Shown: piece after piece, positions 10,684 through 24,463 of the stretch | Layout: the number at the start of each line of letters is the position of its first letter | How positions within the stretch are numbered: the first letter of the stretch is position 1 | Source: Chiloscyllium plagiosum | Taxonomy: Eukaryota | Length of the DNA stretch: 56,967 nucleotides | Direction of reading: 5' to 3' | NCBI RefSeq assembly: GCF_004010195.1 | Contig: NC_057720.1 | Coordinates: 28,597,971-28,654,937 of the forward strand | Translations under genes and position numbers: made by a program | Notes under the pieces: generated by a model | Database searches by the model: none | What the model was told of the DNA's origin: nothing | What the model saw: the letters and a program-made list of their open reading frames with translations, nothing else

Positions 10684-13660
10684 TGAACTACGTCACTATG
10701 GACTATGCGTTCACTTTGAGGAACAATAATCTAGGCAAGGTAAAAAGGCTGTACAACACTTTTTTTGGAGATAACAAAGTAGCATTAATAATTGAACATT
10801 AGGAGGGGTAGGGGTGTGAGGGTGGGTGTGTGGGAGAGAAAGTGGGTGCTTGCTGGGCCCTGTATTTCAATTTGATTGAGTTCAAAGGTAACTGATTTTT
10901 CAGTTGGACCATGAACCAGATTTAGTTCTGATCTGTGCTGCTCCTTTGCTGAAAATTGCAAATCAACCAAAAATAATTTGATATTGATTCTGTTTTCTAG
11001 TCAAAAAAAGATTAACAGTAACTTCAGGCTTTTAACAGCTTAGAATACATAGTATGTCTCCGAGGGTTCCAAAATTTTGGAAATAATCATACTTTAGATT
11101 TGGAAAATTTAGAGCTTTTTGTGTTTAATACAGATTGCCGTGCTGCTGGTAACAAAATTTGCTTTAGGCCAATGTTCTGTTACATGTCACATGACTTTCC
11201 AACACATCCATGAATGCGGCTCCCATGCTACACTTACATACCAAATGGTTCCCAGCTAATTAGTTTCTCGTTCTTTACAGACAACACAACAATATAGAAC
11301 ATCCCTCCCTTTCTTTAAAATGCAATGCCCCTATTGCTGTAGTATTCCCTTTTATAGCATATTTTATAATGATATTATTCATGTTATCAATCAGGTGGTA
11401 AGATGTTGTGTTTTTATTTTGTAGATTTGGCATTTGTTGTTCTCAGTGGCAAGTTGGCATACTGCACAGGCAATATCGTAAGCATTGCTCCTGGTGTTGC
11501 AGGACTATGCTTGCTGTTGCTAATATTATCCCGCTGGGTTGTGATTTTTTTCAGCATTGTTGTTGACAATATTTTCCATTTTTCCAGCTCAATGGTAGAT
11601 TGATTATTGACTGTTTTCTTCTCATTTGTTTACTGTTTTAGTCTCAATTGTATATGATCTTGGCGTCTCAGCTTTGGCAATAGCTCTTGCTGGACTCTGG
11701 GTTTTCATGATTGGACCCTGTACATGTACAGTTTGTCCTTTCAACAGCTCAGGTAGAGATTTGGCATGTTTGTTGAAGTGTTGACCTCCTCTTTCCTGTG
11801 CTTCAGTGTGACATTGCCTCACTTCCTTCTGGTCACTTGGGGATGTATTTTGCTTGGCAAAGCAGTCTTTTATTCCCATTCAACAACTCTGCAGGAGATT
11901 TCATGTCAGCCTTGAGGGGTGTGGATCAGAGTGACAATAAGGCACGATTGGGTCTCAGTGTTTCATAGGGATTATTTTGACAGTCTGGATATGTCTTTCT
12001 ATTAATCCATTTTCTTGAGGGAAGTATGGTGATGAGGTGACAATGTTGAATCCATACTGTTCAGTAAATTCCTTAAATTCTCTGGATGTGAAGTGGGTGC
12101 CATTGTCATGTATTAATGTTTCTGAAATTCCCTGTTCAGCAAACAGAACTCATACTGCTGAGATGGCTGTTGTGATTCTCAAGTCTTTCACCTTCTGAAT
12201 AAAAGGTAACTTTGAATTGTAGTCTGTGACTATGAGGCACCATTTTTAATTGCATGTGAACAAATCAGCTCCTATGGTATGCCGCAGTCTGGGTAGTACT
12301 TCACTAGCTACCATCTGTTTTTGGTCACGCATTCCTTTATTTCTGGCCTACGTTGCATGTAGATACCATATTTTCAATGTCTTTGTATATGGATAGCCAG
12401 TGCACAGTTCATCACAGTTTACACTTCTCCATTCCCATGTGGCCTTCATGTGTCTTCTAGAGAAGTACTTCCTGCCTTGTTTTGAGTATGTTTATTCTGG
12501 ATCCAGTTAATAAAGCTCTATCTTCTGGTGAGGTGTCTTCTTTGACTGACCAGTAATGACATATTGCTGGATCTTATCAGGGCATCTCAAGAGCACTTCC
12601 TGTGAGAGGTAGCTCCCTGTATTTCTGGACCTATCTCTGATTTAACTCTGTTTAAGTCTTGTTACATTCGCTAGGTAATGAATCTTTCTAACTAGATCTT
12701 CTATATGCTGCTTCTCTTGTGGCAACAATTGACTTAGGGTTTCTTGAAGCAGTCTATCTCTCCCTGGCTTGAATTTCAGAGTGAATTTGCAACAAGCCTC
12801 AAGAGTTACCTCTTTACTCTTCTTGGTGTGATACACAAATGTGTCACGTAGATTTGCTCCAGCAGGCAGTGATCACCTCCAGTGTGAAATTTCTTCACTA
12901 GAGAAATGTACAGAACTTCTGACAACCATACACGACAGCCAAAAATTCTCTGTGTTGGCAAATCGGTCTCAGCTAAAGTTACAGCTTTGGATGTGAATGC
13001 TATTGGCTTTCCCTCTTGTACTAGGGCTGCTCCTAGTCCTTTTGCAGAAGCATCCAGTTGCGGAGTTAAAGAAAACTGAATGGCAGACCTGCAATTTGAG
13101 TTTGTTGAAACTCCTGTCATGTGATTCTGACCATTGATAGTCTACATTCCCTTTCATTAGCTTCTGCAGTTTTGCTGTCTGTTCTAACATTTGTGGTGCA
13201 AAGGAATAAGCCAATGAAACCTCATAACTCTCTTTTATCTCTTGGGGATTCCATCCCAGAAGTGGCCTTGATACTTTCAGGACTTGACTTGGTTCTATCA
13301 TGTGCATAGAACTGGCATTGTCACTTTCAAAATGCATTTATCTGCATTTAATTCATTCCCAGCTTTCATGATGTTGATGACTATCATGATCTTTCTCAGT
13401 TACATTATATATCTGGATATTAATGGCTTTGCTGACTGCTCCTTTGCATCCCCTGTATATCTCATTTACTTCTTGCTGGAACTCATTCTAGCTTACTTTA
13501 AGGCTAAAGGTATGTGAGGAGTTTATACCATTCAAAGAGTTTATTGAATGTTGGCATCAGCAATAATTCCATTTCTAGCTTCAGGTTCTAAAGCCCTCTG
13601 AAAGCCTTTGCTTTTGCTAACACTGATGGGATCTCTTTCAATGGTGTAGTCATCATGCTA

Positions 13661-13782
13661 GTACTGAAGAAGAGTCACAATAGACTTGAAGCATTAACTC
13701 TGTTTCTCTCTCCACCAATATTGCCAGATTTGTTGAGCTTTTCCAGCATTTTTTGTTTGATTCAGGTTTCCAGCAACCACAG
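13661..13782 (+). mobile_element. Penelope-like solo pLTR (second family) inside the Gypsy element
   Basis: CTGAAGAAGAGTC-ACAATA-GACTTGAAGCATTAACTCTG...TTCCAGCA; decayed hammerhead core. Confidence 0.6.
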
Positions 13783-13795
13783 AATGGGTCAGGAT

Positions 13796-13814
13796 GGGTT
13801 AGGGTTAGGGTTAG
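13796..13814 (+). repeat. short interstitial telomeric tract
   Basis: GGGTTAGGGTTAGGGTTAG. Confidence 0.7.
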
Positions 13815-15071
13815 ACGCATTTTATCAAAACATGCTGGGTACATTCACACCAGAAAAGCTTTGCATCGGATCAGAGATGCTTTTCCTTGGCTGTACTATC
13901 TTCAACCCTCAGTATCTCCTCCTTCACCTGTGGTTCTCTGAGATAATCTGCAGCCCTATATGACTATGCAATTCCAGGTTAGCAGATCCCATCTGTTTCA
14001 GTGTCGTGAAACAAATAGCTAACATTTTGTGTGTCCCTTTGATTCAGGTTGTTGAATCACATTCCCCCACATGCTATTGACATGATGTTGCTCACTTTCA
14101 GAATGCTTTTTTTGGATAACTGTTTTCTTACAAATTTTCTTATATGGAATGATATAAGAATGATCTTATATAGTTTGCATAGGATGATGCTACTCTATAT
14201 CAACTCGGGTTTATGATTGTCAGCTTATTTTTCATCCTCTCCTGATCTGAATTGTTGTGTGAATTTCTTTTCTGTAGCAATATCACATACAAACATTTTA
14301 CGTTATTGTATGTCAATCAGGTCCCAAACTCACTGGTATCTTCCAAGGTTTGGATTTCTTTTTTTCTCTCTACCCATTTTCCTTGTTTCTCTGGCTTGGG
14401 TGACTCATTTTTCACTTCATTTGTCTGCAGATTTTTTCCCAATGGTTGACCTTTCCAACAGCTCTATTGATTGATCCATATGTGGAACATTTCCTTCTAT
14501 CTGTGAATTCATGTGACTGCCATGAGATGCTTCACATTTCTTTCTCTCTACAATCTTTTCTTGCTGTTTCACTACACTGATGAATCTGTCTTTCTCTAAG
14601 CTGAACTGAAGACAAGCCATTTGTGTAGTCATTGTCTTCATCTGCCTGCTCATGACTTCATTTGCTCTGGTAGTATCTATAGCCTACAGTGTTAGATACT
14701 TGTTCTTTTTGATTAACTGTTTTGGTACTTCAAGATGTGTAGCATACAAATTAATCAATCCATCAGCCTTTCATCTGTATTCTTAAACTTAACATTTTCT
14801 GGCTGCATTTTTAAATCTTGTTGCAAAGTTGTCAATAGGCTCACCTACCTCCAGTCTAGGATCTTGAAATTCATACTGAGAGATCTATGTTTTGAATTTG
14901 TTTGGAGATGGATGCTGAATCATGCTGGCCTCTTTGGTAAGCTCCTCAGTTGTTCAAAAAGAACATAATTCGTTATTTCTTATCCACAGAAGGGTATAGC
15001 TGACCCCACTCTTCATTTCTAGTGCCTTTTAGGAAGCTACTAAATGCCAATCTGCATTTTTGGTTAACATG

Positions 15072-15303
15072 AAAAGAGAAAAGGCTGAAGAAGCTCAACT
15101 GATCTGGCAGCATCTGTGGAGAGAGAGAGTTAACACTTCGAGTCTGATAAGAGTTTTCTTCAGAACTGCAAAATAGTCATATCAGACTCAAAACATTAAC
15201 TCTCTTTCTCTCTCCACGGATGGCGCCAGACCTATTGAGTTTCTATTGAGCATCTTCTGTTTCTTTTTATCTCAGATCTCTAACATTTGCAGTATTTTGC
15301 TTT
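15072..15303 (+). mobile_element. Penelope-like inverted pLTR pair (second family) inside the Gypsy element
   Basis: Degenerate inverted arms centred at ~15165: CTGGCAGCATCTGTGGAGAGAGAGAGTTAAC versus TTAACTCTCTTTCTCTCTCCACGGATGGCGCCAG. Confidence 0.65.
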
Positions 15304-18300
15304 AATTTTCTCAACAGCCTTCATGACATTATCAGAATTCCAATTCATAATGGGCTGTAGCTGTGCATCCTTTGCAAAATAGTCGACATTCCAATTTTCC
15401 ATTTTCGCATGATGCACTTAGTTTTTCTTTCTCTCCTTCACACGAATTTGAGTTAATGTTCCTGATTAGCATTAAATTAACTTTAAATGTTTTATGTTTG
15501 CATACAAGCATTTACTCCCAAAGTATTATGTTTTCTGGTTTCCATATGTTAGAAATAATCACTTTAGACTTGAAAAGTTAAAACTATATTTGTTTTTAAT
15601 GTTGACTAATAAGATGACTGTTTTGGGCAGTGTCTTTTTACATTATCACATGACTCTCTTGTGTAGCTGTGAATATGGCCTCCAGAACCCTTACACACCA
15701 TAATGGTTGCCAGCTAATCAGTTCCTAGCTCTTTACAGATAATACAATAGGGTATAACAGTACATGTCATTCCTCAGGTGAAAATACAACCAAGATTTCT
15801 CCGTGTTAAGGTGACAGGAATGCACTGGATTTGTTCTGTTCAGAGGAATACAAGTTTTATATTGTGTGGAGTTATTATGATCACAAAAAGTTTCTGCACA
15901 ATGTTTTTGTTGGAAGAATGCCATGAAGCTCTTCAGAAATAAACATATCATTGCACAGTTTTTGAATGGAATATGCAAAAGTCACAGTAAAGATACATGG
16001 AGCTTGTAAAATGTTCTTCAAAAGACATGACTTGGAAATATCCTCCAAGAAAGTTTGTTTTTATAACAAATATCTTGTAGTCAAAAGCATCTGCTTCTTC
16101 AACAAAGATTCACAACGTAATCCCAGAAATGGAAGATCCATTAAATGTTATCTGGAGAAAGCAAATTTACTACAGCTATATCAACGTGCGACATTTATTT
16201 TGACGGAATGCAATGAATACTGAAAGTGGAGAAAGCATGATGAACTCTATGAAACAATGCTAAACTCTCAAAAAGAAGATTCTGCAGGGCTCTCAAAGTT
16301 CTTACTGAGGAAAATCACATGAAATTGCAAAGTAAAACATCAGAAATTCGCAGGAAGAAATTTATGGCATTTTCTCAGAGGAACTGAGAATGTTCCAGAA
16401 CAATGATGTCCTCTCTCCCCACCTGCTAAGCTTTGTCTTGTTGTTTGGATCTCAACCTTGTATCCTCATTCATAGTCACTAATATTTCTTTTTAACAAGA
16501 GTAGATATATACGCATGTATGTGTAAGTATTTATACAACATAGAACTGAAGCTCCCTGGTTGTTGTTTATGTAGTTCTTCACACTTGTCCCATCTTTTAA
16601 GAGATTGGAGACCCTGTTAATTCTCTAAAAGTATTCAAAGACCTCACTGTGCATGTTGGAAACTATCCAAGAAGTAGAGTTCAGGGTCACTTCCATATGG
16701 TGATCTGAACGCTGTAGCATTGCATTTCATGCATATGGAAAGACATCTTAATGCAGTTCATTCATTGATTCACTATAATCTCTTTTCGCCATCATCTTAA
16801 GTATATGGTGTCCTTTCATTTGTAGTGATGATGCAGATAGCAATGACAAACATATTCAAACATATTACAAGGTATGTGCTGCACATACTAAATAATTGAA
16901 ACCATATTCAACCTTGGTCAGGTTATATTATGTGTGCATATGGAAACTTCAATAATTTTTAATTGGAACAGGGCAAAGTTCATTATAGACTACCTCTGCA
17001 TGAAATTAAAATATCTGGTAAAATATTTGAAGAAGTATGTTGTAAACTATTATTACACTGACTAGAGTTCTGATACTACATAGTAGATTGTTGAAGGAGC
17101 TAAATCTGTCCCCTCCCATCAAATATTGTAGGAATAATAAAAAAAAATTAATCAGTTTATTAGGTCCCTTACAACAATTTATCAAATTTGCTTTCAATTA
17201 AGAGTGGAGAAAGCAAGCTTAAATGAGAAGGGAAAAGATTCATATACCTAAACAATTTTATTAATAGCTAATACTTATATCTGCTAAAGAAGGCTATTAA
17301 GGGTTTCAGGTGTACATTTAGTTTGCATGCTAGCTTCTAAACCTAGCTTTATAGGTTTCTTTATCCTTGCTTTATTCACAATATGAGCCACAATGATTTG
17401 TATCCATGCAGGAACAGAGTCAGTATGTTTATGGGCAACCAGAATGTTGTGATACTTTAATAAGCCAAAGCTTATTAAAGTCCTGACATATTCCACACTG
17501 AAAGTGATCCTCCTGAATTATTTTACCTATTGTCTCTCAATGTATCTTTGTCACAATAATTTATTCTGGTCTTCTCCAAAGTCACAACCATTGGCCTGTT
17601 TTGAGCTCCAACAATTTAGCATATAGGTACCTTCTAAAGACAGTAATTCAAGGCATTTTAACCTTAGTCTTTTGTCTGACTGTTCAAGTGTGTTTTGAAT
17701 TCAATATATTTAAGTGGAATGGGTAGTTAATGGAGCACACAGTTACTTCACACTGAGTTTGAACTAAGTCCTAAAAGCTTCCCAATTACACTTCCTACCT
17801 TTAGTTATTGGCTCAGTCTACTCCCTATCTTGTTTACTGTTCTTTTTGCCTTTGGATTACACGTCTCCCCGAATCTGTGCTGTAATCAGACTCTCACCTT
17901 AATTCTATTTAAAGTTACATATCTTGCAAAATAACAGCAGGTTACAATGTGACCCTTGAAACCATTAGTTAATCTAATTGTTCTAACCTCACTTATAAAC
18001 CATGGCAGTACAGCAAGATCCAATCAAGTGTCACATAATACATTGCTCTTGTAGATGATCAATCTTACTATGTAGCATATATTGAAAAGGGGGGTTTAGG
18101 CCATTTTTTTCATTGTGTTAAAACAGATGGTGTTTTAGTTGACTCCATTTAGAAGTTGTGTTAGTTTTTTGAAGCTTAACTTTATGATCAAAACTCTAAC
18201 TTAAATGCCATAGGTTTGAATGGCTTACTCCCAAGAAAGTTTTTTTGCAAAAAGAACAAAATCTCAGTGTAAAAATGACGTGTTTTAACGAGGCAACATT

Positions 18301-21300
18301 CCTTAAACATGCACAAGCCAGACAACAAAAAGAAGTAATGGTGACTATTTTTAGCTTTTTTTTAACCTGTAGATTTGAAATGTAGTACAATCTTTTCTTT
18401 TTATTTGCTGGCTATAGCGGTTATAATGAGATTAATCAGTCTGAGTTTAGTTCTCAATAGATATTACACACACCACCCAACTGCTCTAATTGCTTGTTCT
18501 TTGAAAGATCTTACTGGCTGATGTGGGAAATTAACTTTTCCCCCAGGGTTGTGCTGACGTAAGGACAAACAACTGGCAGAAACCTACGAGGAGTTCAAAA
18601 GAACTTCAAAACTATATTAACTTTAGAGAATTACACTAACTCTAGGATCAAACATAAAAGAAAATATATTTTGTTAAGTTGTCCTGTTACATTCCTTTGA
18701 GTAGACTTGCTATTCATCCAAACAAAACTGTCACAACAATTTCTACCTAAGAATTTCATACCTGCTGAGATTATATGGAGGTCAAATAATAATTTCTTCT
18801 TTTCATCTATTTATAAGTCTTCAGTGCCTTTTTTCTTAACAGGCCTCACTATTGCGTCAGTGGAAAAAAATCTTCATTCTTATTTTGTTCTGTTAATTGC
18901 AACTTGTGAAAATTTGATATCATTCCTTCGTTGGATTCATATTCACTTTTTGGAACCAAATATTTAGCATGGCAATGTGCAATCCAGATTTAAAAATAAA
19001 CATAATCATTTCCATGCCCAGTACTAAAATTTACAATTTAGAATTAATTCTTTTCAAGAGCACCTGCTGAGATTATTGCATATCATCTGTGATATGGAGA
19101 TATGACACTGAGAAGGTCTCCATTCCACTTGTAATAATTCATATATTCATTTGAAAAGAGCTGGTTGGTGATCTGGTGCTTAGGGCATATGTGACTGAAA
19201 GTACGATTAACTGCAATACGATAGAACTCTTAATAAGTTGAATGTAGTTAATGATCCATATAAATAGCCTGCCATCTTACATTATTGATTTTCAAGTTGT
19301 TTTCTTTGCTACATAAGTATCATTTAAGGTATATCTAATCGAAGAGAAATAGCCTATAAATGAAAGTTTTAGAGAATCTGAGAATGGGAAAAGTGTACTT
19401 GCATTTATATCATATCTTAACTTTCTCAGAAGCATATGAGTATGTCACATGTAATGAATTACTTGTAGAGATCAGTCCAGACATATGAAACAGCTACTTT
19501 GAATATAGCAAAATTCCTCAAACATCAAGCAGGAAAGAATACAGGATGCTCACAAAGAGAATATAAAGATCCTGGAGCTTCTCCAGTGATATCTCCCTTC
19601 CTGAAAGCAAATAGGTCTGTCTGGTCAACTATAATAATAGAAGGAGGATAAAAAGAACAAAGGCAAGCAACTTGTTTTTCACCACTACTATGCTAGTATT
19701 TGTTTATTTATAAATTATAGAATAGAATCATATCATAGAATCCCTACAGTCTTCTCCCTTGAAAAGATACTTTGCAAAACACATATCCCCAAAATACAAA
19801 CGTTATGTTCAGTATGTGGACACTTCTTTGGTGCTCTGTGACTCAATGTAATGTACTATATTAACAGCATAACAGTTGAGAAAGTGTATGTTGCAAAGCG
19901 AGCTGCTCAGAGAAACTTTGACAACAAAGTCGCTTCAGTAATTCTTGGCCTAGAGCATTTCTGCTTTGTAAATAAGTCAATGCAGCTATGGTAGAGACAG
20001 TGGAATTTCTATTCACTTTAAAATTAAAGCATATTGCAGCCTGAGTAGATCAAAGGAAAAATACAAAGGTCCAAAGACTGGCATGTAACTCAGTTGTCTG
20101 ACCATGTAATAAGGCAGCTTGATCAATGCTTTCAGTTTAAGATGAGTATGATATTGATGGGGAAATCTCTGATTTCAAAATAAGTGTTGGATTCCAATTC
20201 AGTGGCCTTTATAGAACAGAAGCAGATTCAATTCCTTCAAATTTGCAACATATGTTGTGGTTAACACCACCACAAAATTGGGGTGGCGAAATGGCTGCCT
20301 GTTACATACTCTGACCAAATTTTCTTGTTGGAAGTCACAAAAAGTGACATCAGACAAAGCATGTGGTCAATTCACTATTTATGTCTTGCATTGCTGCTGA
20401 AGTGGAATTTCGTCCCTATGATTTTAATTACAAATCTGTTTGCTCCATGAATGTTATTTGTACCACTGGTTATTGACTTAGTATTTACCAAAGGGAAGTC
20501 TTATTTACTCATGTGCTTGAAAGTATGACTGCATTTCTTTTTGTTTATTGAATTTCTCCCATCTCCATCATTGTGGCTAGACAGCCATTTCTGTTCCTTT
20601 ACCTATGTAAGAGGTGTACAAAGGGAGATTGGATGTGTCTCTCACTCTTACTCATGATCACTCACTTTTCAATTAAGAAACACCTTACCTCTATTTGACA
20701 CCTTTCATTGCCCAGAAGGAAACAACATATTAAGAAAATAAAACAGCAATACTCGGAAATGGGTTGTAGTTTTGCCAGTTTTAATTTTTTTTTTCTTCTC
20801 AGTGATTGCAAAATTGGGACTTTGACCATATTACATGGAAGAAAACTTTATCCAACCACACCAAAACCACCAAAGAGGTGCTAAAATCCATTGAATGGTT
20901 ACCTAGCTACTCACTATTGATAAGTGGAATATTGAACCATTGATGGAGCTGGGTCACATGCAGCTTAAAAATTGATAACGGAGTTATGTTTGCACATTAG
21001 TGCATTTAAAGAGTCTGTTGGGTGAAGTAGTCTTTTAGCACATTTATATATCATTGCAATTTCATGTATAATACACAATTTTATATTTGGTCATGGGAAC
21101 AAGGTGTGCACAAGTGAAACAGGTTAAATGTAGCATCCGACACTGAAACGTTGAAATGATCACCACATTGCGAAGACTTTCAAGTAGTTATCAGCCTACA
21201 CTCAACAAAAGAGGATTCTTTTGTTTTCTAAAATGTTCCATTGAAGTGAATGGTTTATGAGAAACATTAAGGTGAAAGAGCACCAACCAATTCACTCACA

Positions 21301-21711
21301 TGAACACATGGTTCGAACAGATGTTTTGAGCGCAAGCCAGCCATGTTGGATGCTATGCATCTCTATGCATTAAAGAAACTTATTAGGCAAAGTATTTATT
21401 ATAGTTAAGTTATTTATTTATTTTTATCAACCTCATCCTTTACAGATATAAGATCCTATTTATTTGAAGTGAAATATGGGGCCATGTCTCTGACAGCATT
21501 TTTTATATTGTAATTTAATCTCAACCATACAGAATGTCAACACAAAACCTCTGTAAAACAAAAAGCTTTTCCAATGCAGTATTTTAAGATATTTTAAATA
21601 AATTTTTGTGATACTATGCACAGTTTGCTTGTTCTCATTATTCCTGTTAATTGAGGCAAAATGAATAATTCAGATTATACTCCTCATATTACAGGAAAAC
21701 TTTTACAGACA

Positions 21712-22543
21712 CAGATTATTGGAGTAGCAGATAGTGAAGGGGACAGTCAGAGAATAGATTGGAGAGGTGGCAGAGAAATGGCAGATGGAGTTCAATCCGG
21801 GCAGATGGAGTTCAATCCGGGCAAATGCGAAGATCCAATTCAAGAATGAACGATACGGTAAATGGAAAAGCCCTGGGGAAAATTGATGGTCAGAGAGACC
21901 TGGGTGTTCACGTCCACTGTACTCTCAAGGTGGCATACTTTCCTTCATCAGACTGGGTATTGAGTACAAGAGTTGGCAGGTCAAGCTACAGTTATATAAA
22001 ACTTTGATTTGGCCACATTTAGAATACTGTGTACAGTTCTGGTCACCACATTACCAAAAGGATGTGGATGCTTTGGAGAGGGTACAGAGGAAGTTTACCA
22101 GGAGGGCACTAGCTATGAAGAGACAGAGTTGAGTAGATTTAGGATTATTTTCATTAGAAAGATGGAGGTTGAGGGGGACCTGATTGGGTTCTACCAAATC
22201 ATGAGAGGTAACGAGAGCAAGAAAATTTTTCCCAGAATGGGGGACTCAATCACTAGGGGTCATGAATTCAAGCTGAAAGGGGAAAGATTTAAGGGAGATA
22301 TGCATGGAAAATTCTTCACGTAGAGAGTGGTGGGTGCCTGGAACATGTTGCCAGCAGGTGTGGTAGAGGCAGGCAAGATAGCATCATTTAAGATGTTCCT
22401 GGACAGATACATAAATGGACAGGGAGCAGAAGGATACAGATCCTTAGAAAATGAGCGACAGGTTTAGATAGAGGATCTGGATTGGCGCTTGGAGGGCTGA
22501 AGGACCTACACCTCTGCTGTAATTTTCTTTGTTCTTTGTTCTT
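21712..22543 (+). mobile_element. CR1 LINE 3' fragment (separate subfamily)
   Basis: Frameshifted ORF2 (QMEFN.GKC, QRDLGVHVH, TRGHEFKLKGERFKGD...FFT); (TTCTTTG)n tail. Confidence 0.9.
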
Positions 22544-22984
22544 AGTACTTAGTTCTATTTAAAGGAGTCCATGGGTTTGAACAATCAGCAATCCCAGAAT
22601 GGATTTAGTTCAAATTGGTTGCGCATAAGCCCTCTATGTAAGAGTTTAAGAGAAAAAACTTTTGGAAGTCTTATCTCAATGGCTACATGCCTAATGACTT
22701 GTAATATTTTTATAAGATCAATGAGGTCATGAATGTTTGTGGAGGAAGTAGAGGGATTGTACTTATTTCTATGAAGTTAGATTTGAGGCACATTGTGAGG
22801 CAGTGCATAGGAACTTTTCTCAGTATTTAGACCTTGAAGAGTACAAGTGTAAATTGTTGACATGAGGTGAGAAAATGACCATGTATACACTTTTCTTATA
22901 TCAGAGAGTGTTCTAGTTACATTTAAGACTTGTGACTCACATCATTATTCATTCATAGGCAAAAATTATATTATATATGCATTT

Positions 22985-23310
22985 TCACACAATGAGATGC
23001 CATAGCTAGTGATTCTGTGAATGATCAGTTAATTCCTTTTTGTTGACTTTGATTGAAACACAAATATTGCCAGGATACCACTATGTTTTTCTTCAAGTAA
23101 ACTTTCACTGTCTTTTATGTTCATTTGAACAGGCAGTACCTTCATTTATGATCTCATCTGAAGGGAATTTTGCCTTCAACAATGTAGCACTTTGCCATTA
23201 CTGCAGTAAAGATCAACCTTGATCATTTGCTCAGATGCTAGTATCAGGCTTCAACCTGCACATTTCTAATTCACAGGCAAGAATATTATCAATGGAGCCA
23301 AGCTAACACT
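22985..23310 (-). mobile_element. Deu-domain SINE fragment
   Basis: Similar to the 46805-47560 element, with a tRNA-like head at the right end. Confidence 0.45.
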
Positions 23311-23489
23311 TTGGGCAGTACTAGAACATTTTCTATTGCCGACACTAATATTCCCCATTTTGGTGGGAGGGAGAAAAACATGAATAACTCTAAATGGCTA
23401 TGTAATAAAGTTTATCAAAAAGATAAAAAAAAAAGCTTCTTTGTGATTATTCTTTTTAGTCATAAGTTGGGCTAATTTTTAAAGAATAT

Positions 23490-24107
23490 AGGAATGTACA
23501 GAAATGAAAAGATCTGTCATTATCAATTGGTGTAAGACACTAGTTAGACTTCAGCTGGAGTGTTGTGTACAGTTATGGACATCACCTTTTAACAGGGGTG
23601 TGAATGCATTGAAAAGTGCAGAGGAGCTTTGTGAGAATGTATCAGGGATGAGAAACTTCAGTTCTGAATATAGATTGGAGAGGTTGGGACTGTTTTCCTT
23701 GGATATAAGAAGGATAAGAAGTTATTTAATTGAAATGTTCAAAATCACGAGAGGTCTAGACAGAGTAGATAGGGAGAACCAGTTCTAACACTTTAAAAAA
23801 GTCACAGATGGTACAGATTTAAAGGGATTTTCAAAAGAAGTAAATGTGATGTGAGAAGGAGCTTTTTCAAGCAGCGAGTCGTTCAGGTTTGGAATGCACT
23901 GCCTGGAATAGTTGGGGAGGGTGCTTCAATCGATACATTCAAGAGGACGTTAGATAACAATACAATGCAGGGTCATGGGGAAAGGGTGGGAGGATGGCAA
24001 TAAGTCATAATGCTCATTTGGAGAGCCTGGGCAGAGATAGAACATAGAGCAATACAGCGCAGATTATGGGCTGAATGATTGCCTTCTATACTGTAACAAT
24101 TCTATGT
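23490..24107 (+). mobile_element. CR1 LINE 3' fragment
   Basis: KTLVRLQLECCVQLW...LERLGLFSL...LIEMFKITRGLDRV. Confidence 0.85.
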
Positions 24108-24463
24108 TTTAAGCTTTCACTAGCTCTTTGAAGCAAAGATGTCCAAAAATCTGCATTCTGTCAGATATAATAATGGACAGGTGGCTTATTACAGGTTATC
24201 AATATTTGGTGGAGCCATGGGGTCTTTCCCTCCCTTTATTAAAGATAATCACCTGTCCTGAACTTCCATATAAATACATGTGCTAAAATAATGCTTTCTT
24301 TACTCCGTGATTTCCCTTGCATCACACTACTAATTTTGTACGTCCTGTCGTATAATTTATGGCTTAGAGTATACATTACCCTTTACACTGTTTAGGTTTA
24401 TACAACATTGCTGTGCAATGTACATTTCACTAGCCCATACATAACACCATATTTAGTGCTTAT

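Larger units (their letters stand above)
11148..15759 (-). mobile_element. degenerate Ty3/Gypsy LTR retrotransposon
   Basis: Short related LTRs at ~11148-11301 and ~15606-15759 share TCACATGACT, ATGGTT.CCAGCTAAT.AGTT and CTTTACAGA. PPT (TCCCTCCCTTTC on +) at 11302. Minus-strand RNase H DASAKGLGAALVQEGKPIAF; integrase DNGTHFTSREFKEF...SSPYFPQENGLIER at ~11980-12110. Many stops and frameshifts. Confidence 0.85.
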
